DNA of 64,000 nucleotides, taken from a virus (Duplodnaviria > Heunggongvirae > Uroviricota > Caudoviricetes). Every line of letters begins with the position of its first letter. Positions within the stretch are counted from its first letter, which is position 1. The notes under the pieces were generated by a model. It saw only the letters and a program-made list of their open reading frames with translations. It was not told the DNA's origin and searched no databases. The translations under genes and the position numbers were made by a program. The DNA lies in IMG/VR virus record IMGVR_UViG_3300034095_001584; one strand, given 5' to 3'. Below are positions 28,190 through 38,213 of the stretch, piece after piece.

Positions 28190-30724
28190 ATGTATCAAAA
28201 CATTTTTGTAGATAAAAAAGAAAACATCACATACATATGGGATGATGAAAAGGGACTTTTGAAGTTTCCATTCAGAAACTACGCATACAGAAAGAGTTCT
28301 AACGGAACTTACCGTTCAATCTATGGTGACAAGTTGGAGAAGATTTATAACTTCAATCCAAGAGATCCATCATTGTTTGAAAGTGACGTTCCAATGGAAA
28401 CTCGTATTCTAATTGATGCGTATGAAGACAGTGATGAACCATCAAAAGGTCACCGTGTAGTCACAATTGACATTGAGGTTAGTTCTGAAGGTGGATTTCC
28501 AGTTGTAGAAGAAGGTGATAAGGAAATCACAGCTATTGCTATTCATGATGATGCAACAAAACAATATACTGTATTCATCTTGGATAAGGAAATGAAGATT
28601 CAAGACAGTATCAATGACAACGTTGAAATCAAGTCATATGACAATGAAGAATCATTGTTGATGCACTTCTTCACCAAATGGGAAGAAATTCAACCTACTA
28701 TTGTAACTGGTTGGAACATTGACGGATTTGATATGGTTTACTTGTACAACCGTGCAAAACGTGTTGTTGGTGAAACCAATGCTAAACGTCTAAGTTCAAT
28801 TGGTATTTGTTATTTCAACAAGTTCTTGGAACGTATGACTATTGCTGGTGTATCTTGTTTGGATTATATGATTCTATACAAGAAGTTCAGTGGTAAGAAT
28901 GAACCAAGTTATGCTCTAGGTGCTATTGGCAAGAAGGTTGTTAATATTGAAAAGATCAGTTACAAAGGTAGTTTGAATGATTTGTACAAAGATGATATTA
29001 ACAGATACATTGAATATAACTTGAATGACGTTAAGATCGTTGTTGCTCTTGATAAAAAATTACAGTTTATTGATCTAGCTAGAGGTATCTGTCATACTGG
29101 ACACGTAGGTTATGAGAATTTTGGCATGAGTTCTAGGTTTTTGGAAGGTGCTATTCTTATTTATCTACGTAGAAAGAAACAAGTTGCTCCTAACAAATCA
29201 TTGGAAGGTCGAGCTGAATATGAAAACCAGTTGGAACAAAATGAAGAAGGTTTTGAAGGTGCTTATGTTAAAGATCCTATTCCCGGCCGTTATGATTGGG
29301 TGTTTGACTTGGACCTTACATCAATGTATCCGAATATCATCATCAGTCTTAACATCAGTCCAGAGACTAAAGTAGGTAAAGTAGAAAACTGGAATGTAGA
29401 AGAATATGTTAAAAACAATGTAACTACTTTATACATTGGTGGTAATCCATATACTGTGGATGAATTTAAATCACTATTGTCTGAAAACAATCTGAGTATT
29501 GCTAGTAACGGTGTCTTGTATAAGAAACCAGAACCAAGTGGTGATATGGGAACTGTACCTAGCATTCTGGTTAAGTGGTTTGATGAACGTAAAAATTTAA
29601 GAAAGTTGGCTAAGAAACATGCAGATTTAAAAGAATGGGAAAAATATGAATTCTATGATAACAGACAAAAAATTCAAAAGATCTTGCTTAACAGTATTTA
29701 CGGTTGCTTGGGTCTACCTGTATTCCGTTTTTATGATAAGGACAATGCTGAAGCAGTTACACTAACTGGTGTTGACATTATTAAAACCGCCGGTAAATCT
29801 ATTAACCAATATTACAAAAATGTACTCAAAGAAGATGGTGATTATCTTATTTACACTGATACCGATTCTTGTTTTGCTAGCGCTCTACCTATCATTCAAA
29901 AGACAATGCCGGAGATTGATCTCAAAGATGAAGAACAGATGACCAAAGCAATCTTACAAGTCTGTGGTGAAGTTCAATCATTTGTAAATCAAATGTTCAA
30001 TATCATGGCAGACCGTATGTTCAACGTTCAAGTACATAGGTTTGATGCTAAACAAGAAGTTATTGCTAAGACTTCATTCTGGTTGGCAAAGAAACGTTAT
30101 TGTCAATTCATCATCAACAAAGGTGGTGTAGTGTGTGATGAACTGGAAGTTAAAGGTATTGACGTTGTTAGAACATCATTTCCAGCTAAATTCCGTTCAT
30201 TCATGCAAGAGTTCTTGATTGATCTATTAAAGAAGGCGGATAAAGAAACTATTGACCAAAAAATCTTGGACTTCAAAGAAAATATCAAGAACTTGAATAT
30301 TGTTGATATTGCTAAGAACACCAGCGTTAAGTTTGAGAGTCAAGACAAGACCAAGAGTTATGACAACAACAAACGTCAACCATTCAAGTTTTTGTCTGGT
30401 ACTCCAGCTCAAGCTAAAGCTGCTTTGGCTTACAATGACTTACTTGTCAAATGGAACTTGGTCAAATCAGTTCCAAAGATCCTACATGGTCAAAAGATCA
30501 AGTGGGTATATCTGAAACAAAATGAATATGGCATTGAAGGTATTGCCATGAAAGCTGATGGTACTGATCCAGATCAAATCATGGACTTTATCACCAAGTA
30601 TGTAGACCGTGAAGCTATGTATGAACAAGAATTAAAGAGTAAATTGGTAGACTTTTATAGTGTCTTGAAGTGGGATTATCCCAATGAAAATGATGCTAAA
30701 GCTAGTGAGTTTTTTGGATTTTAA
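28190..30724 (+). CDS. polB: family B DNA polymerase (T4 gp43-like)
   Basis: Exonuclease TIDIEV, GWNIDGFD, YNLND; polymerase DLTSMYP, KILLNSIYG, YTDTDS; start MYQN at 28190. Confidence 0.97.
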   Translation: MYQNIFVDKKENITYIWDDEKGLLKFPFRNYAYRKSSNGTYRSIYGDKLEKIYNFNPRDPSLFESDVPMETRILIDAYEDSDEPSKGHRVVTIDIEVSSEGGFPVVEEGDKEITAIAIHDDATKQYTVFILDKEMKIQDSINDNVEIKSYDNEESLLMHFFTKWEEIQPTIVTGWNIDGFDMVYLYNRAKRVVGETNAKRLSSIGICYFNKFLERMTIAGVSCLDYMILYKKFSGKNEPSYALGAIGKKVVNIEKISYKGSLNDLYKDDINRYIEYNLNDVKIVVALDKKLQFIDLARGICHTGHVGYENFGMSSRFLEGAILIYLRRKKQVAPNKSLEGRAEYENQLEQNEEGFEGAYVKDPIPGRYDWVFDLDLTSMYPNIIISLNISPETKVGKVENWNVEEYVKNNVTTLYIGGNPYTVDEFKSLLSENNLSIASNGVLYKKPEPSGDMGTVPSILVKWFDERKNLRKLAKKHADLKEWEKYEFYDNRQKIQKILLNSIYGCLGLPVFRFYDKDNAEAVTLTGVDIIKTAGKSINQYYKNVLKEDGDYLIYTDTDSCFASALPIIQKTMPEIDLKDEEQMTKAILQVCGEVQSFVNQMFNIMADRMFNVQVHRFDAKQEVIAKTSFWLAKKRYCQFIINKGGVVCDELEVKGIDVVRTSFPAKFRSFMQEFLIDLLKKADKETIDQKILDFKENIKNLNIVDIAKNTSVKFESQDKTKSYDNNKRQPFKFLSGTPAQAKAALAYNDLLVKWNLVKSVPKILHGQKIKWVYLKQNEYGIEGIAMKADGTDPDQIMDFITKYVDREAMYEQELKSKLVDFYSVLKWDYPNENDAKASEFFGF

Positions 30725-30729
30725 TTGTT

Positions 30730-31326
30730 ATGTGTTTAAAAGAAAAGAAAGATCCATACTCATATAGTTATATATGTTGTTTTTATAATCTATATAGTGA
30801 TTGCGTTTTTACTTCTCAAAAAGTATGTTTAAATTCATTTCATAAGATAACAAATGAATTAAAAAAAGCAAAAAGAATCTATGATATAGATCCGTCATAT
30901 AATTTACATTGTTTAGTTAGAAACCCATATTCTAGAATAGAATCATTATACAAAGATAAGTTGTTGTGTTCAATTGTAAAAAATAATCCACAAAACTGTC
31001 AATTAGAAATAATGAAGGTATTTGGGGAAAATAGTTTTTATGACAAAAAAATAACATTTGAACAATTTGTAATTGAAGGGTTGCCTATTCTTTTTGATAA
31101 AGAATCTCATTTTTTTCCGCAGTCTGTTTTTATACCTCAATTTGTGAGTAATGTATATCATCTTGAAATAAAAAAAGAATTAAACTATGTATTTTCTTTG
31201 TTTTGTGATAATGAATATCATGAACATAAAACATATGATTACAGTTTTGAATGGACATCCAATATGAAAGATGTAGTTTCAAGTGTATACGGTCAAGATT
31301 TTTATAGGTTTTCCTACGATATATAA
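30730..31326 (+). CDS. sulfotransferase family 2-like protein
   Basis: VRNPYSRIESLY, HFFPQS, YGQDFYRFSY; the 5'-PSB motif is degenerate. Confidence 0.65.
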   Translation: MCLKEKKDPYSYSYICCFYNLYSDCVFTSQKVCLNSFHKITNELKKAKRIYDIDPSYNLHCLVRNPYSRIESLYKDKLLCSIVKNNPQNCQLEIMKVFGENSFYDKKITFEQFVIEGLPILFDKESHFFPQSVFIPQFVSNVYHLEIKKELNYVFSLFCDNEYHEHKTYDYSFEWTSNMKDVVSSVYGQDFYRFSYDI

Positions 31327-31332
31327 TTTATT

Positions 31333-31755
31333 ATGAAAGAAAAAAAATATAGAGATATGTTAACCATCCCAATAGAGGATGGATCAAATATCCCTTTGTA
31401 TCTAAATGCACCACATTTTGCTATTGCCAGTGGTTATAACAGAGTGGTCATAGGACAACGTGGACCATATGTAGAATTTAATAAAAATCAAATCATCTGT
31501 AATGCATTGCATATACCGTGTAGTCAATTATATAGATTGAGTGACCCAAAAGTATATTACATTGAATTTAGAACAACTGAATGTGATGTAAAAGTGTATT
31601 ATCAAATGAGAAGTGTAGCTTATGCAGACTACAAGATAGGATGTTTTTATATTTCACCAAGTGATTTATATAAAGTTGACGGAACTTCATGTATGGTTTT
31701 ACCTGGAGATATCACAGAATCAGCTAAAGAGTTTTTTGATTTTGAGACAAAATAA
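31333..31755 (+). CDS. conserved hypothetical protein
   Basis: 140 aa; RVVIGQRGPYVEF and YQMRSVAYADYKIG. Confidence 0.7.
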   Translation: MKEKKYRDMLTIPIEDGSNIPLYLNAPHFAIASGYNRVVIGQRGPYVEFNKNQIICNALHIPCSQLYRLSDPKVYYIEFRTTECDVKVYYQMRSVAYADYKIGCFYISPSDLYKVDGTSCMVLPGDITESAKEFFDFETK

Positions 31756-31795
31756 AAAATAGACAAAACAAAAAAGTATAGTAGACTAAAAAAGT

Positions 31796-32533
31796 ATGAC
31801 AAAAGACACATTAAAGACGTTTATCAGCAAGTACTACCTTGGCGGTACAATTGAATCCGTAAAGTGGGTAGTTGATAAGAATAACAAACAACTCAAGACA
31901 AGTGCTATTACTGAAGACAAAAACGTTCTGTTGAACGTCACCTTCAATAACTTTGAAGATCTAACTGATGCTGAATTGGGTATCAATGATACTTCCAAGT
32001 TGGTAAAGCTACTTAATGTACTTGGTGATAACATCAACGGATCATATAATACCAGTGGCGAAAAGATCACTAGTATTGTATTCAGTGATGATCATACTGA
32101 TGTACAGTATGTAACTGCTGATCTAAGTGTTATTCCAGTAGCTCCTCCACTCAAGAAACTTCCTCCTACAAATGCAGAGATTGCTCTTGACGCTGAATTT
32201 ATTTCACGTTACATCTCTTCAAAGAACGCTCTTCCAGACGTTGAAACATTCACTCTTCTTATGAACAAGAAAGGTGTACTTGAATTGGTAATTGGTCATT
32301 CAAGTATCAACAGTAACCGTATTAAGTTGAATGTTGCCACTAAGAATGGTAAAGACAAGGTTGCAAAGAACATTAGTTTCAACGCAAATCATCTAAAAGA
32401 GATCCTTATTGCTAACAAGGACTGTACTGACGCAACCTTGAAGGTAAGTGACGCTGGTCTTAGTGTAGTTGAGTTCACTTGTGGTGAATTTACCGCTAAC
32501 TATTACCTAGTTGAACTCAAGACCATTGACTAA
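31796..32533 (+). CDS. DNA sliding clamp (T4 gp45-like)
   Basis: 245 aa two-domain clamp-like protein (ELGINDTSKLVKLL, YVTADLSVI, C-terminal YYLV) between polymerase and clamp loader. Confidence 0.75.
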   Translation: MTKDTLKTFISKYYLGGTIESVKWVVDKNNKQLKTSAITEDKNVLLNVTFNNFEDLTDAELGINDTSKLVKLLNVLGDNINGSYNTSGEKITSIVFSDDHTDVQYVTADLSVIPVAPPLKKLPPTNAEIALDAEFISRYISSKNALPDVETFTLLMNKKGVLELVIGHSSINSNRIKLNVATKNGKDKVAKNISFNANHLKEILIANKDCTDATLKVSDAGLSVVEFTCGEFTANYYLVELKTID

Positions 32534-32572
32534 AATTTAGAGAAAAGAAAGACAAAACATACATCATCATCT

Positions 32573-32599
32573 CCCGGCACCTGTTGTGCCGGGTTTTTT
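32573..32599 (+). terminator. intrinsic terminator
   Basis: CCCGGCAC-ctgtt-GTGCCGGG followed by TTTTTT. Confidence 0.9.
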
Positions 32600-32604
32600 G
32601 TTGG

Positions 32605-32632
32605 TTGACTTTTGGACCAAACATGGTAATCT
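32605..32632 (+). promoter_or_regulatory. sigma70-type promoter with extended -10
   Basis: TTGACT (32605-32610), 16 nt, TGn-TAATCT (32627-32632). Confidence 0.65.
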
Positions 32633-32641
32633 ATTAAAGAT

Positions 32642-33592
32642 ATGAGTTTTATTGCATTTGAAGAAGTTAAACAGACTGAAACGCAACATTATCTATGGGT
32701 TGAGAAGTACCGTCCCAACACTTTAGAGAATTATGTTGGAAATCAACAGTTGAAAGATACTGTCAAGGGTTATATTGAGAAACATGATATTCCTCATTTG
32801 TTGTTTTATGGTACTGCTGGTACTGGCAAGACTACATTGGCTAAGGCTATTACAAAGAATATTGACTGTGATGTGATGTATATTAATGCATCTGATGAAA
32901 ACAGTGTAGACAATGTACGAACCAAGATCAAAGGTTTTGCTAGTAGTGTTGGTTTTAGGAAGATTAAGGTTATTATCCTTGATGAATCTGACTTCTTGAG
33001 TCCAGAAGCTCAAGCTGCTCTACGTAACATGATGGAAACCTATAGTTTGACTACACGGTTTATTCTGACTTGTAACTATGTAGAGAAGATTATTCCCGCT
33101 TTGGTTTCACGTTGTCAGACTTATAAGATTGAACCGTTGAGCAAGAAAGAAGTAGCGGTACATTTAAAGATGATTTTGGATAAGGAATCTGTACAATATA
33201 CACCAGAAGATCTAGGATATATTGTTAACACTTACTATCCAGATATCCGTAAGATTCTAAACTACAGTCAACAAAGTGTTCTTGATGGTAAGATCAAGAT
33301 CAGTGAATTAAACAGTACCAGTGTAGATGTAAAGAACAAGGTTATTGAATTGATCAAATCCAAGTCACCAAGTGCTTTTAATGACATCCGTCAATTGATT
33401 GCAAATAGTGATATTAAGCATTTTGAGGAGATTTATGATACTTTGTATGATAAGGTGGATGATTATTCTAATGGTAAACAAACTTTGGCAGTTTTAGTTA
33501 TTGCTGAATATATGTATCAGAGTGCAATGGTTGTCAATAAGGAGATTACTTTCATGGCTTGTATTGGCAAACTACTCAAGGATCTCAAATGA
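32642..33592 (+). CDS. clamp loader large subunit, RFC/gp44-like AAA+ ATPase
   Basis: WVEKYRP, GTAGTGKT Walker A, INASDE, ILDESD Walker B, LVSRC. Confidence 0.95.
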   Translation: MSFIAFEEVKQTETQHYLWVEKYRPNTLENYVGNQQLKDTVKGYIEKHDIPHLLFYGTAGTGKTTLAKAITKNIDCDVMYINASDENSVDNVRTKIKGFASSVGFRKIKVIILDESDFLSPEAQAALRNMMETYSLTTRFILTCNYVEKIIPALVSRCQTYKIEPLSKKEVAVHLKMILDKESVQYTPEDLGYIVNTYYPDIRKILNYSQQSVLDGKIKISELNSTSVDVKNKVIELIKSKSPSAFNDIRQLIANSDIKHFEEIYDTLYDKVDDYSNGKQTLAVLVIAEYMYQSAMVVNKEITFMACIGKLLKDLK

Positions 33593-33870
33593 AAAAGAAA
33601 CAAACTCCAGTATGTCAGAAGGTTGAACTAGATAATTGTTTTAGTTGTAAAGTTGTTGCCGGTAAATCACATAAGAAAAAGTGTGATATTGAACGGTGTA
33701 GTGAATGTGGTGGTCAAAAGTTAGGTTGTGATTGTACTAATCATGACAAACAGTTTGCTAGATGGACTGGTTTTTGGCCTGGAGAGTTGGAGTGTAAAGC
33801 ATTGAATATGGACTTGAATACCTTTTATATGACTGGTATGCACAAGATATTCTTTGTTAAACCTTCCTAA
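33589..33870 (+). CDS. Cys-rich (putative Zn-binding) hypothetical protein
   Basis: CFSC...HKKKCDIERCSECGGQKLGCDC, RWTGFWPG. Confidence 0.65.
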   Translation: MKKKQTPVCQKVELDNCFSCKVVAGKSHKKKCDIERCSECGGQKLGCDCTNHDKQFARWTGFWPGELECKALNMDLNTFYMTGMHKIFFVKPS

Positions 33871-34243
33871 CTTTGTCAAAGAATTCAGAATTATAATTGG
33901 TGGTCATGTAAACTTTAATTTCTTTATCTTTGAGTTTAAAGAATTTCTTGGCTCTTTTGTATAATTTTGTACCAATTCCTTTTCTTCTGTACTTACGGCG
34001 TATATACACCATGAATTCAAACTTAAAATTTGTATTTCTGGATGATTTACGTTCTTTAATTACAGCCCAACCAACACATTCACCGTTATCTTTTACAATA
34101 AACACTCTGTTTTTAATTTTGTGTCTTATATCACAACATTCTACATAAAGTGTGTAAATTGAACCACTTGTAACAAGTTTGCTACAAGCTTTTTCTTCCT
34201 CCAAATTTACTCTTAAAGCGTCCTTTGAGTAGATACGGATCAT
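33857..34243 (-). CDS. GNAT acetyltransferase
   Basis: VYIRRKYRRKGIGTKL acetyl-CoA binding motif. Confidence 0.85.
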   Translation of the reverse strand: MIRIYSKDALRVNLEEEKACSKLVTSGSIYTLYVECCDIRHKIKNRVFIVKDNGECVGWAVIKERKSSRNTNFKFEFMVYIRRKYRRKGIGTKLYKRAKKFFKLKDKEIKVYMTTNYNSEFFDKVRKV

Positions 34244-34277
34244 AATTATTATAAAAATAAATATAAAAACAAAATTG

Positions 34278-34306
34278 TTGACATCTAAGTGATTTGAAAC
34301 TATACT
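34278..34306 (+). promoter_or_regulatory. sigma70-type promoter
   Basis: TTGACA (34278-34283), 17 nt, TATACT (34301-34306). Confidence 0.82.
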
Positions 34307-34323
34307 GTTAAAAATTAAAATAT

Positions 34324-34557
34324 ATGGAAAAAGAACTAACTATTAAAGACAAAGTAAACAAACATATCATCATTCAACATGATGACCTTAAATTTGATGG
34401 TAAAACAATTACCATTCCAGGCTATTATGTTGGTGTACTTTTGGAGTATATTGCTGATTATAATCTATCAAAGTTATCTCAAGCAGATCTTGATGATCAT
34501 GCCGCATTTCGTAATTTCTTACTTGATATACAAGAGTACAAAAATCAAGGAAACTAA
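34324..34557 (+). CDS. hypothetical protein
   Basis: 77 aa ORF downstream of the promoter. Confidence 0.7.
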   Translation: MEKELTIKDKVNKHIIIQHDDLKFDGKTITIPGYYVGVLLEYIADYNLSKLSQADLDDHAAFRNFLLDIQEYKNQGN

Positions 34558-34560
34558 TTT

Positions 34561-35148
34561 ATGGGAATGTTTGATGACATAGTATGTAAATACCCACTTC
34601 CGTTACCTGAAGATCCTAAAGGTTATTGTAATAACAAGTATCAAACCAAGGATTTTGATAACGCAATGGATTTGTATGAAATCCGTGAAGATGGTACACT
34701 TTGGTTGCGTTGTGCAGAGTATGAATATACAGACGGTAACCCAAATGCTAAAAGTTTAATTGAAAAATTGCCAACTCGTAAGGAAATCAAAGTTTGGTGG
34801 CAACAAATTTTCCCAATAACAGATACAGTCAGACTGTATGCGTATGATAGTGATACTAATGATACATATGATTATTGGATTGAATATGATGTTACATTTG
34901 TTGATGGTAAGGTAACTGGAGCTAAATTGTTAGAATTTACCGCAACTGATAATAGTGAACGCAAAGAACGACATAGAAAGGATGTTGAATATTGGACAAA
35001 TAGACAAAAATTTGAATATACACTATTTTACAGATATATCGGTAAACCTTATAATAAAACAATTAGTTTCATCTGTAGAACCATTCATAAATCCGCAACT
35101 TGGGTGACTTACAAAATTTGGAAGGTTGAACGGTTTTTAAAAATATAA
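34561..35148 (+). CDS. conserved phage hypothetical protein
   Basis: MGMFDDIVC...YQTKDFD..MDLYEIREDGTLW N-terminus. Confidence 0.7.
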   Translation: MGMFDDIVCKYPLPLPEDPKGYCNNKYQTKDFDNAMDLYEIREDGTLWLRCAEYEYTDGNPNAKSLIEKLPTRKEIKVWWQQIFPITDTVRLYAYDSDTNDTYDYWIEYDVTFVDGKVTGAKLLEFTATDNSERKERHRKDVEYWTNRQKFEYTLFYRYIGKPYNKTISFICRTIHKSATWVTYKIWKVERFLKI

Positions 35149-35188
35149 TTATAAATGATTTTGTCTATTTGATAGTTATACCCAAGTT

Positions 35189-37627
35189 ATGCGTAATGTA
35201 CATTATATTAGTCAGACAGGAACATCTGGATATGCAAATGCCTCCAAGGGGTATGTGTATGATCTAATAAAGAAGGGTATAAATGTCAAATGGACAACGT
35301 TTCTATGTGATCAATCATTGACTGCGGAAACAACTGAATTTGATGGTTATATAAACAAATATAGGAATAACAATATTCCAGAGAATGAAATTGATACAGT
35401 TATAATTCATTCTACTCCTGATATTTGGCAAAAGATCATAGAAGACTTAAATATACAGTGTGAAGGTAAAACTGTAATTGGAAGAACTGTATGGGAATTC
35501 AATAAGTTGATACCTGAATGGGTGGATTGTATAAATACAAGTCAAGTTACACAAGTAAGTGTTCCTACAAAATGGAATAAAAAAGTATTTGAAAAAAGTG
35601 GGGTCAATAAATCTATTACTATTGATCCCCATTTGTATGTAGATTACCCATACAAATCATATGATTTAAAACATATTTTAGAAAATAAATCTACCATAAT
35701 ATACAATGGTGATTTTAATAAAATTGATTTTAATTCTTCTTATAAATTTCTAACTATAGGACAATTAATTCCTAGAAAAGGTATATCTGAAACAGTACAT
35801 GCGTTTTGTAAGACATTTACGGATCAAGAAGGTGTATTGCTCATAGTAAAAACGTTTAGGTTGAATTATTCATATGAAGAACAACTTAAATGTTTAGAAG
35901 AACTAATGAAAGTATTAAAGGATACTAATAATCCTAAACATCCACCTATTATTTTCATAAAAGAAAATTTGACATATGATGAAATGCAATCATTGCATGA
36001 TATATCTGATTGTTATGTTCAGTTAACTAAAGCTGAAGGATTTGGTTTAGGAATATTTGATTCATTTAATAAAAACAAGTCAGTTATTGTAACTGGACAT
36101 GGTGGTCAAGTTGAATTTTTAGGAAGTGATTATGCAGGATTAGTTGATTTTGAACTCAAATCTATAAATGCGGAAAACAAAAAGTTTTTCCAATTTGACT
36201 TGGACGGAAGTTATACATGGGCACAAGCATCTATTGATCATGCTTGTTTTTTGATGAGATCAAAACTTCCAAGTCAACTGGAATTGTTTCATAAAAAATA
36301 TAATTTTTGTTTTGGTGAAGGTTTATATGAGTTGGAATATGAGAACAATATTGCATTTAGATGGTTATCAGATAAGTCAGAGTTTTATATATTTGATGAA
36401 TCAATTCAATCAATTGAATTAGAATTAGTTGCTGGGTTTGAAAACCAAAAATTTTCAGTAAATGGATTCAAAGTTAATCTAATAAGAGGAGTAAATAAAA
36501 TTAAGATATATGACAGAGTAATAAAAACAGAACAATCTATATTTGTTCCGTCAAATATTTCAAACATTGAAAATTTTGATACAAGAAAATTGTCAGTCAG
36601 ATTGTATAAAGTCACATATAATTACTTAAATGGTGTTAATGAACAACATTCCATATCTGAAATCAATTATGTAGATAAGTCAATTATTAAACTGTGGAAT
36701 AAAAATGCAGTTCATTATGTAATTAAAAATCTTAAAAACAGTATTTTTCAACAACAAAAAGATGTTAAGATTGTAGATTTACCATATGATGATAAGAATT
36801 TTTACTTCAATTCATGTTTATTTGCCAATGACAATACCAATTATTTAATGGTTAGACACTCAAAATTGATTGGGAAGAACAAGTTTAAAAACACTTTAAA
36901 GTTATATCAGTTGGATGATTCATATAATGTAGTTAAAGATTTAAAGTTAAAAATTATAGATGAAGTAGATAATGAACAATATGAAGATCCTAGAGTATTG
37001 TTTCATGATAACAAATACTACGTTGGATGTGCAAATTACCAATATGGTAATATAAAATATGTACATCAAAAAGTATTAGTGTTTGATAAAGATTTCAATC
37101 ATATTGATAATATACACCTTGAATATGACGGAAACGGTAAAACAATAAAGGACAATACAATTCATCAAAAGAACTGGACATGGTTTATTCAAAACAATTC
37201 TTTAATGATTGTATATAGAATGAATCCCCATGTAGTTCTTGAGGTGGATTTAACTACAAAAAAAGTAGTAACAGAATATAAACATTTTCAAGATATTAGT
37301 GAAATGTGGGATTTTGGTGAGTGTAGAATGGGCAGCAATCCAATCTTAAAAGATGGGTATTACCATAATTTTTTCCATAGTAGTTTACCATGGAAACATC
37401 CAAAGAGACAATACTTTATGGGATACTATAAATTTGAAAGTGTTCCACCATTTAAGATTGTTGAAGTTTCAAAGGAACCAATATTGTATGGAAATGAAAT
37501 TGATGAGAGAGTATTGAAAAATATAAGTCCATTAGTAATTTTTCCTTGTGGATCTATTGAAAAAGATGGAAAATTTGTTGTTAGTTTTGGATTAAATGAT
37601 GAAAAAACAGGAATTATAAAAATATGA
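35189..37627 (+). CDS. GT4 glycosyltransferase fused to a beta-sandwich and a five-bladed beta-propeller glycosidase/phosphorylase-like domain
   Basis: SGYANAS, TVWEF, PRKG, KAEGFGL; FRWL...RKLSVRL linker; EDPRV, QKNWTWF, VIFPCG, VSFG.NDE. Confidence 0.8.
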   Translation: MRNVHYISQTGTSGYANASKGYVYDLIKKGINVKWTTFLCDQSLTAETTEFDGYINKYRNNNIPENEIDTVIIHSTPDIWQKIIEDLNIQCEGKTVIGRTVWEFNKLIPEWVDCINTSQVTQVSVPTKWNKKVFEKSGVNKSITIDPHLYVDYPYKSYDLKHILENKSTIIYNGDFNKIDFNSSYKFLTIGQLIPRKGISETVHAFCKTFTDQEGVLLIVKTFRLNYSYEEQLKCLEELMKVLKDTNNPKHPPIIFIKENLTYDEMQSLHDISDCYVQLTKAEGFGLGIFDSFNKNKSVIVTGHGGQVEFLGSDYAGLVDFELKSINAENKKFFQFDLDGSYTWAQASIDHACFLMRSKLPSQLELFHKKYNFCFGEGLYELEYENNIAFRWLSDKSEFYIFDESIQSIELELVAGFENQKFSVNGFKVNLIRGVNKIKIYDRVIKTEQSIFVPSNISNIENFDTRKLSVRLYKVTYNYLNGVNEQHSISEINYVDKSIIKLWNKNAVHYVIKNLKNSIFQQQKDVKIVDLPYDDKNFYFNSCLFANDNTNYLMVRHSKLIGKNKFKNTLKLYQLDDSYNVVKDLKLKIIDEVDNEQYEDPRVLFHDNKYYVGCANYQYGNIKYVHQKVLVFDKDFNHIDNIHLEYDGNGKTIKDNTIHQKNWTWFIQNNSLMIVYRMNPHVVLEVDLTTKKVVTEYKHFQDISEMWDFGECRMGSNPILKDGYYHNFFHSSLPWKHPKRQYFMGYYKFESVPPFKIVEVSKEPILYGNEIDERVLKNISPLVIFPCGSIEKDGKFVVSFGLNDEKTGIIKI

Positions 37628-38202
37628 ACGTAGAACAGTATTATAAATTAGCAAAAACAGAAAATTCAGATATAAATGATCATCTTGAAGTATTAGTAAA
37701 ATACGCAAGTCAGTGTGAACACATAACAGAATTTGGAATTAGAAGCGGAAACTCAACAAAAGCTTTTTTATATAGTAAACCTAAATTTTATAGAGGATAT
37801 GATATAGGTAAAGGTGAAAATGATGATTTATTACAATCATTAGCAAAAGAAAATAAAATTGATTTTAAAATAATATATGATTCAACATTAAATGTTATAA
37901 TAGAAGATACTGATTTATTATTTATTGATACTTATCATTGTTTTTCTCAGATCATTCAAGAATTATTTTTACATGGTCGTAAAGTTAAAAAATATATTAT
38001 TTTCCATGATACTGTTTCATATGGAACATTTGATGAAGGTCATTGTAAAAATTGTTATCATCCTATTTATTTAAATAATGATCATTTTCCTACATTTGGA
38101 ATAATGCCGGCAATAAATTTATTTATGAATGAAACAAAAATGTTCAGAGAAGTTGAAAATTTAAAAACTTCATCTGGACTATATATAATAGAAAAGATAT
38201 AA
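37624..38202 (+). CDS. class I SAM methyltransferase (Methyltransf_24-like)
   Basis: ITEFGIRSGNST, LLFIDTYH, IIFHDT. Confidence 0.82.
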   Translation: MNVEQYYKLAKTENSDINDHLEVLVKYASQCEHITEFGIRSGNSTKAFLYSKPKFYRGYDIGKGENDDLLQSLAKENKIDFKIIYDSTLNVIIEDTDLLFIDTYHCFSQIIQELFLHGRKVKKYIIFHDTVSYGTFDEGHCKNCYHPIYLNNDHFPTFGIMPAINLFMNETKMFREVENLKTSSGLYIIEKI

Positions 38203-38213
38203 AATAATAACAT

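Noticed and set aside
28190-30724. Intron or intein in the DNA polymerase
   Set aside because: All exonuclease and polymerase motifs are colinear at normal spacing in one ORF.
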